Shown here: positions 59,906-64,000 of the stretch, one piece after another
Numbering within the stretch: position 1 is the first letter of the stretch
Layout of the letters: each line of letters opens with the position of its first letter
NCBI GenBank assembly: GCA_050331235.1
Contig: JBHJHA010000020.1
Span: 1 to 64,000, forward strand
Direction of reading: 5' to 3'
Source of the DNA: Leptolyngbyaceae cyanobacterium
GTDB taxonomy: Bacteria > Cyanobacteriota > Cyanobacteriia > Phormidesmidales > Phormidesmidaceae
Length of the DNA stretch: 64,000 nt
Program-made: the position numbers and the translations under genes
The notes under the pieces: generated by a model
Seen by the model: only the letters and a program-made list of their open reading frames with translations
Told to the model about the DNA's origin: nothing
Database searches by the model: none

Positions 59906-61840
59906 TCAGGGGCGAGCTACGGGTTGAGAAAACGAGGTTTGGAACTGTTCATTACGCTCTGCTACTGTTTCTCGTCCTGGGGTCCATAGACTGGCGTAAA
60001 AGAAATAGGACACCCCGGCATACTCGCGATCGCGCACTGCCTGTAGCTGTTCGGTCAATAGTTCCGCATCGGTAGGGCGTCCTCGCAATCCGCTCAGCAA
60101 ACCAATGCTCGTCGGTGTGCCGGTCCGGGCAGCGGCAGTAGCCGGTTTGTTCAGCTCCCAGACAAATCGCTCTAAATCATCTCGATAAATTTGCACGATC
60201 ACTTCATCCAAGAGCTCGCCGGCTTCCCACGTCGGCCAATCCTGCAAATACTGTGCATAGGAAAAAGGATACGGATTAGGGGAAACGGACAGCAGAGCAC
60301 CCGGTTGGCGGCGGTCAATCAGCCCTCGCACCTCCCGCATAAACTCGGTAATGTGGTCAGCCCGCCAGCGCATCCACTCAGCATCGCTGACATCATCCGG
60401 CGGTAGTTCACCATCGTGCTCCCGCTGGTAAAGGGCTACTGTAAACGGGTCATACCCCATATCCACCGGCAGCCCCAAATGATCATCCACTTGGATACCT
60501 TCCACATCGTAGTTGTCCAGCACCTCTGCCATCAGCTGTACCAACAGTCGCCGCGTTTGAGGATGAAAAGGATTCATCCAGGTAAAGACCTCCTCACCCA
60601 TGGCGATTTCCTGGGTCCCGTCTTGTCGCTGGGTAAACCAGTCGGGATGCTCCGTCCGAATGCGGTAGTTAGCCGGGGCCATGAAGCCAAACTCAAACCA
60701 AGGAATCACTGCCAGACCTTCGGCATGAGCTAGGGTGATTAACTCTTGTAACATGTCGCGATCGCCCTGTTGCTGCTCAAAAGCCGAATTATCCCCCGGC
60801 CAGAGTCGCCGTGCTTGTCCTAAGTAACGCTCGGCCACAGCGCTGGGATATTGGGTATACCCCATGTTCCAGACCACGGGATAGAGAGTGTTGATATTCA
60901 TCGCCTTGAGCCGCTGAATGCCCTCGGCTAGGTTTTCTTGGGAAAACAACACATCACTGTCAATGTTGGTCAGCCAAACCCCCCGGACTTCTGACCGGGG
61001 CTCGGCTTGTCTCGACAAAGTCGCAGGCACCGCCACCCACCCATCGGCAATGGTCGCCTGCAAGCGGGCATCAGGCACAGCTTGGCAAATGAGTGCGGCC
61101 ACCTCGCCCCGAGTAATGGGCAAAAAGCTGTCGGCCTGTTGAGGTTGGTTGGGGTTGACTAACACCCGTGCGGCTAGGGCGGCCGCCACTCCTTCCCGGG
61201 CATAGGGGGGGACGCGATCGCCATCCGCCAGACTGTTGGCTAAGAGTTCGTTAGCTCGAGCCGTATAGGGCAAGGAGGCTTTAGCCGCTAGGGCGGTGAT
61301 GGCCTCGGCTCGGGTAATCGTCCGCCCCGGTTGATAGTAGTCGGCTGGGTAGGTGTACAGCATATTTACGGGTGAAGGTAGCCCCAACGCTGTTTCCAGA
61401 GCCGATGCCCCACCATAGGCTTCCCCCGTTGGAAAACTCCGATTGAGCATCTCCGTGACCACTGCCCATGTCGCCGGTTCATTGGGATAAAACTGATTTG
61501 AGGTGAGGGAGTCGGGGAGCGCGGCGTCTAAGTCATTGAGCAGCACCGCACCTCGCCGGGCTAACCCCTGGATGCAGTCAGCAGCCCAGTAATCGTCCAC
61601 ATCACTAGGTAGCTGGACGATTGGCGGCGCAATTCCATCCCTGACCGGCGGGTCTGCGGTGGGTGCCTCTAGTTGCACCTGCGCGGTCAGATTATGGGTA
61701 ACCCAGCTGGCAACCTGGGGTGCTGCCTGTGAGTCTGGCGTGTAAGCCAGCAGGGGAGTAAGCGCACCAACGGTCATGGTCACAATCAGCCCGAGCAAAA
61801 CGCCCGTCATCAAACGCTGGGAAAGGGGAGTCAATCTCAT
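59906..61840 (-). CDS. SLH-domain protein with a GH10-like (GHL10/DUF187) glycoside hydrolase domain
   Basis: SDVDDYWA, ITRAEA and ITRGEVAALI; EVRGVWLTN, IPWFEFG, GIQVDDH, QDW and QIYR. Confidence 0.85.
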   Translation of the reverse strand: MRLTPLSQRLMTGVLLGLIVTMTVGALTPLLAYTPDSQAAPQVASWVTHNLTAQVQLEAPTADPPVRDGIAPPIVQLPSDVDDYWAADCIQGLARRGAVLLNDLDAALPDSLTSNQFYPNEPATWAVVTEMLNRSFPTGEAYGGASALETALGLPSPVNMLYTYPADYYQPGRTITRAEAITALAAKASLPYTARANELLANSLADGDRVPPYAREGVAAALAARVLVNPNQPQQADSFLPITRGEVAALICQAVPDARLQATIADGWVAVPATLSRQAEPRSEVRGVWLTNIDSDVLFSQENLAEGIQRLKAMNINTLYPVVWNMGYTQYPSAVAERYLGQARRLWPGDNSAFEQQQGDRDMLQELITLAHAEGLAVIPWFEFGFMAPANYRIRTEHPDWFTQRQDGTQEIAMGEEVFTWMNPFHPQTRRLLVQLMAEVLDNYDVEGIQVDDHLGLPVDMGYDPFTVALYQREHDGELPPDDVSDAEWMRWRADHITEFMREVRGLIDRRQPGALLSVSPNPYPFSYAQYLQDWPTWEAGELLDEVIVQIYRDDLERFVWELNKPATAAARTGTPTSIGLLSGLRGRPTDAELLTEQLQAVRDREYAGVSYFFYASLWTPGRETVAERNEQFQTSFSQPVARP

Positions 61841-61881
61841 GTTGGAAAAAGCGTTACTGAACGTTGTTTGTGTAAATATCG

Positions 61882-62238
61882 TTAGCCGCCGCTGCGTTTG
61901 GCGGTATATCCCGCTTTTTGTAGGGCTGCTAATACCGTATCGGCCTGATCGCCCTGAATTTCAATAGTGTTGTCCTTGGCCGTCCCGCCGGTGCCGCACT
62001 GAGCTTTGAGCTTTTTGGCCAGGGTCTTGAGGGTATCTGGGCGATGCTGAAAGCCGCTGATAACAGTAACGGTTTTGCCACCGCGCCCTTTGCGGCTCAC
62101 CTCAACCTTGACGGTTTGCTGATTAGGGGGGAGATCGGCGACGCCTCGCTCGGTGGCAGCGGTGCGCTGCGTGGCAAACTCTGAGTAAACGGTGCGATTT
62201 TTATTTTGCGACGATCGCGATGATTTTTGTTTGCCCAT
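61882..62238 (-). CDS. yciH: SUI1/eIF1-like translation factor
   Basis: RKGRGGKTVT, LKAQCGTGG and IEIQGD. Confidence 0.92.
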   Translation of the reverse strand: MGKQKSSRSSQNKNRTVYSEFATQRTAATERGVADLPPNQQTVKVEVSRKGRGGKTVTVISGFQHRPDTLKTLAKKLKAQCGTGGTAKDNTIEIQGDQADTVLAALQKAGYTAKRSGG

Positions 62239-62439
62239 ATCTTTCAGCGGTGTCAGTACACAGTATCCAGCTGGTGTCAGCCCGGTCTGGTCAGTTCTTT
62301 ACAATCTAGACTAAAACTGGCTATCAGACGTGACGACTTGTCGATGGCTCAGGTTGCCGAGCCGAACCAGTCTGTGAACAGCGGCTTCAACGACGGCGCT
62401 GTGAATCGTTTAGCGGTTGGCGATCGCTAGTGTTGACCA

Positions 62440-63162
62440 TTACCCCCACCACTGCCATAGGCCATAGGCCAAAAAGCTACTGCCTAAGGGAACCGTGAGG
62501 TTATCAAATCCCCACCGCGAAAACGACTCCAAAACGGTTGCCGAAATGGCGGTAAGCAGGGCGATCGCCGCCATCGTCGGCACGAATCCATGGACGCTCC
62601 CCAAGACCAGCCCGCTTATGATCAAACTCACGAGCAGCATCGCGCTCGTGCCCTCCCAGCTTTTAGTCATCGTCCACACAGTGTAAGGATGACGACCCAG
62701 GGCTTGCCCCACGATCGCCGCCATGCCATCCCCCCAGGTCATGATCAAGATACCCAATACGGTAAACTCGGCCTGCCCTCGGGCCCAAAATGCCACCGTC
62801 AACACTCCGATGCTCACCGCATAAAAAAATGTGCCTAAGCTGGTGCGCCCCACGCTGTTAATACCAGGCAAAATCGGCAGCCAATACGAAGCCAGTGCCA
62901 CTAAGCTAAATAAGATGGAGGCTGCAACCCCCATCCAGGCAGGGGTTTGCAGCCACCAAGCCAGCAAAATCACATTGCCAGCCCCGATATGCACAACTTT
63001 GCGCGTAATCTCTACTGAGACTGCCTTGGTCAAATATAGGCTCTCAGAAATGAGTCCTACCAGACCTAGCCAGATCCCCACTAGCCCGATCTGCAACACC
63101 GGCAGCGGCAAGCGCGTTAGGTCGACCAAAGTCTCTGAATCAATAAACAGCAGGCTCAACAT
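62440..63162 (-). CDS. Phytol/polyprenol kinase (CTP-dependent) family
   Basis: RKVVHIGAG, WGDGMAAIVG, KSWEGT and DNLTVPL. Confidence 0.88.
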   Translation of the reverse strand: MLSLLFIDSETLVDLTRLPLPVLQIGLVGIWLGLVGLISESLYLTKAVSVEITRKVVHIGAGNVILLAWWLQTPAWMGVAASILFSLVALASYWLPILPGINSVGRTSLGTFFYAVSIGVLTVAFWARGQAEFTVLGILIMTWGDGMAAIVGQALGRHPYTVWTMTKSWEGTSAMLLVSLIISGLVLGSVHGFVPTMAAIALLTAISATVLESFSRWGFDNLTVPLGSSFLAYGLWQWWG

Positions 63163-63407
63163 GATGACAAGATACTATCGCGGGCCTGCTCGCTAATGAA
63201 CGTCCCCTTTTGGGGGGCAGTGGTTTGAGTAAGCAGTGACTAAACCTTAGCGCCTTTGCCGTAGGGTAATGAAGAAGACCCTAGGAAGAACATGGACAAT
63301 ATGACCCGGGGATGTCGGCAATGCCGCCACGGCGACGGACCACTTACACGCATCGCTTGCCGTTGAAGAAGGGTCGATTTGTTTGTGATCGTGAGGGGGC
63401 GATCGCC

Positions 63408-64000
63408 ATGATCATTACGGTTACCAGCTTTAAAGGCGGAGTGGGCAAAACCACCACAGCGATTCACCTGGCCACGTTTTTGCAAGGACAGGCCGAAACG
63501 CTGCTGATTGACGCTGACCCGAACCGTTCAGCCCACGGCTGGGCCAGTCGTGGGGAATTGCCCTTTCCGGTGATTGACGAGTGGCACCCCACCGCCCTCA
63601 ATGCCGACTTTCGCCATATTGTGATTGATACCCAAGCACGCCCAACCCAGCAAGACCTGGCAACCCTGGCGACCAACTGTGACCTGCTAGTACTACCCAC
63701 CACCCCCGATGTACTGGCGCTAGATGCCCTAGTGTTGATTGTGAACTATCTCAAAAGCGTGCCCTCAGCCCGCTATCGCATTTTGCTCACGTCGATGCCC
63801 CCTAAACCTACCAAAGCAGAACGAGAAGTGCGATCGCTCTTAGCTGAGACTCACCTGCCGGTCTTTCAGCAGGGCATTCGTCGTTACAGCGTCTTTCAAA
63901 AGGCGGCTCAAGCCGGCGTGCCTGTCTATAGTGCCAAAGATCCCAAAGCTGAAGCCGCCTGGCAAGACTATGAGGCCGTCGGACAAGAAATTCTTGATGA
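63408..64000 (+). CDS. parA: Short ParA/ParF-family ATPase, 3'-partial; absent from the ORF track
   Basis: Hand translation MIITVTSFKGGVGKTTTAIHLA...LIDADPN...IVIDT...AWQDYEAVGQEILD; open to the window end. Confidence 0.9.
   Translation, partial: MIITVTSFKGGVGKTTTAIHLATFLQGQAETLLIDADPNRSAHGWASRGELPFPVIDEWHPTALNADFRHIVIDTQARPTQQDLATLATNCDLLVLPTTPDVLALDALVLIVNYLKSVPSARYRILLTSMPPKPTKAEREVRSLLAETHLPVFQQGIRRYSVFQKAAQAGVPVYSAKDPKAEAAWQDYEAVGQEILD

Noticed and set aside
1..64000. CRISPR array, IS transposase, rRNA
   Set aside because: No regularly spaced repeat-spacer units, transposase motifs or rRNA sequence were seen.

Overview
Chromosomal window from a cyanobacterium. HIP1 (GCGATCGC) is abundant, and ccmK3/K4, NtcA promoters and a phycobilin lyase are present. 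The bicA/NhaS3/Mrp and NrtP genes suggest a saline or alkaline habitat (inference). Positions 1-2600 are the end of an element integrated at tRNA-Thr(CGT); its tyrosine integrase is frameshifted just before the catalytic Tyr. Next to it is a glutamine (glnA-type) riboswitch that precedes two small membrane-peptide ORFs (55 and 46 aa, missing from the ORF track) rather than gifB. This is the best candidate for an undescribed system. The rest is mostly core genome: a bicA-nhaS3-mrp operon with NdhR boxes, a CARDB-repeat subtilase, a Cu-ATPase with a MerR-type operator, ccmK3/K4, ureFG and urtABCDE (UrtD carries a TerB-like fusion), a futA/exbBDD iron cluster, a degenerate PlsY-dikinase fusion, rbp, nirA-nrtP-narB-narM, frameshifted prfB, a site-2 protease, 6S RNA, menF, a PEP-synthase-like protein with a degenerate ATP domain, comF, an SLH-glycoside hydrolase, SUI1, a phytol kinase and a partial ParA. 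All calls were made by eye from motifs; no database searches were run.
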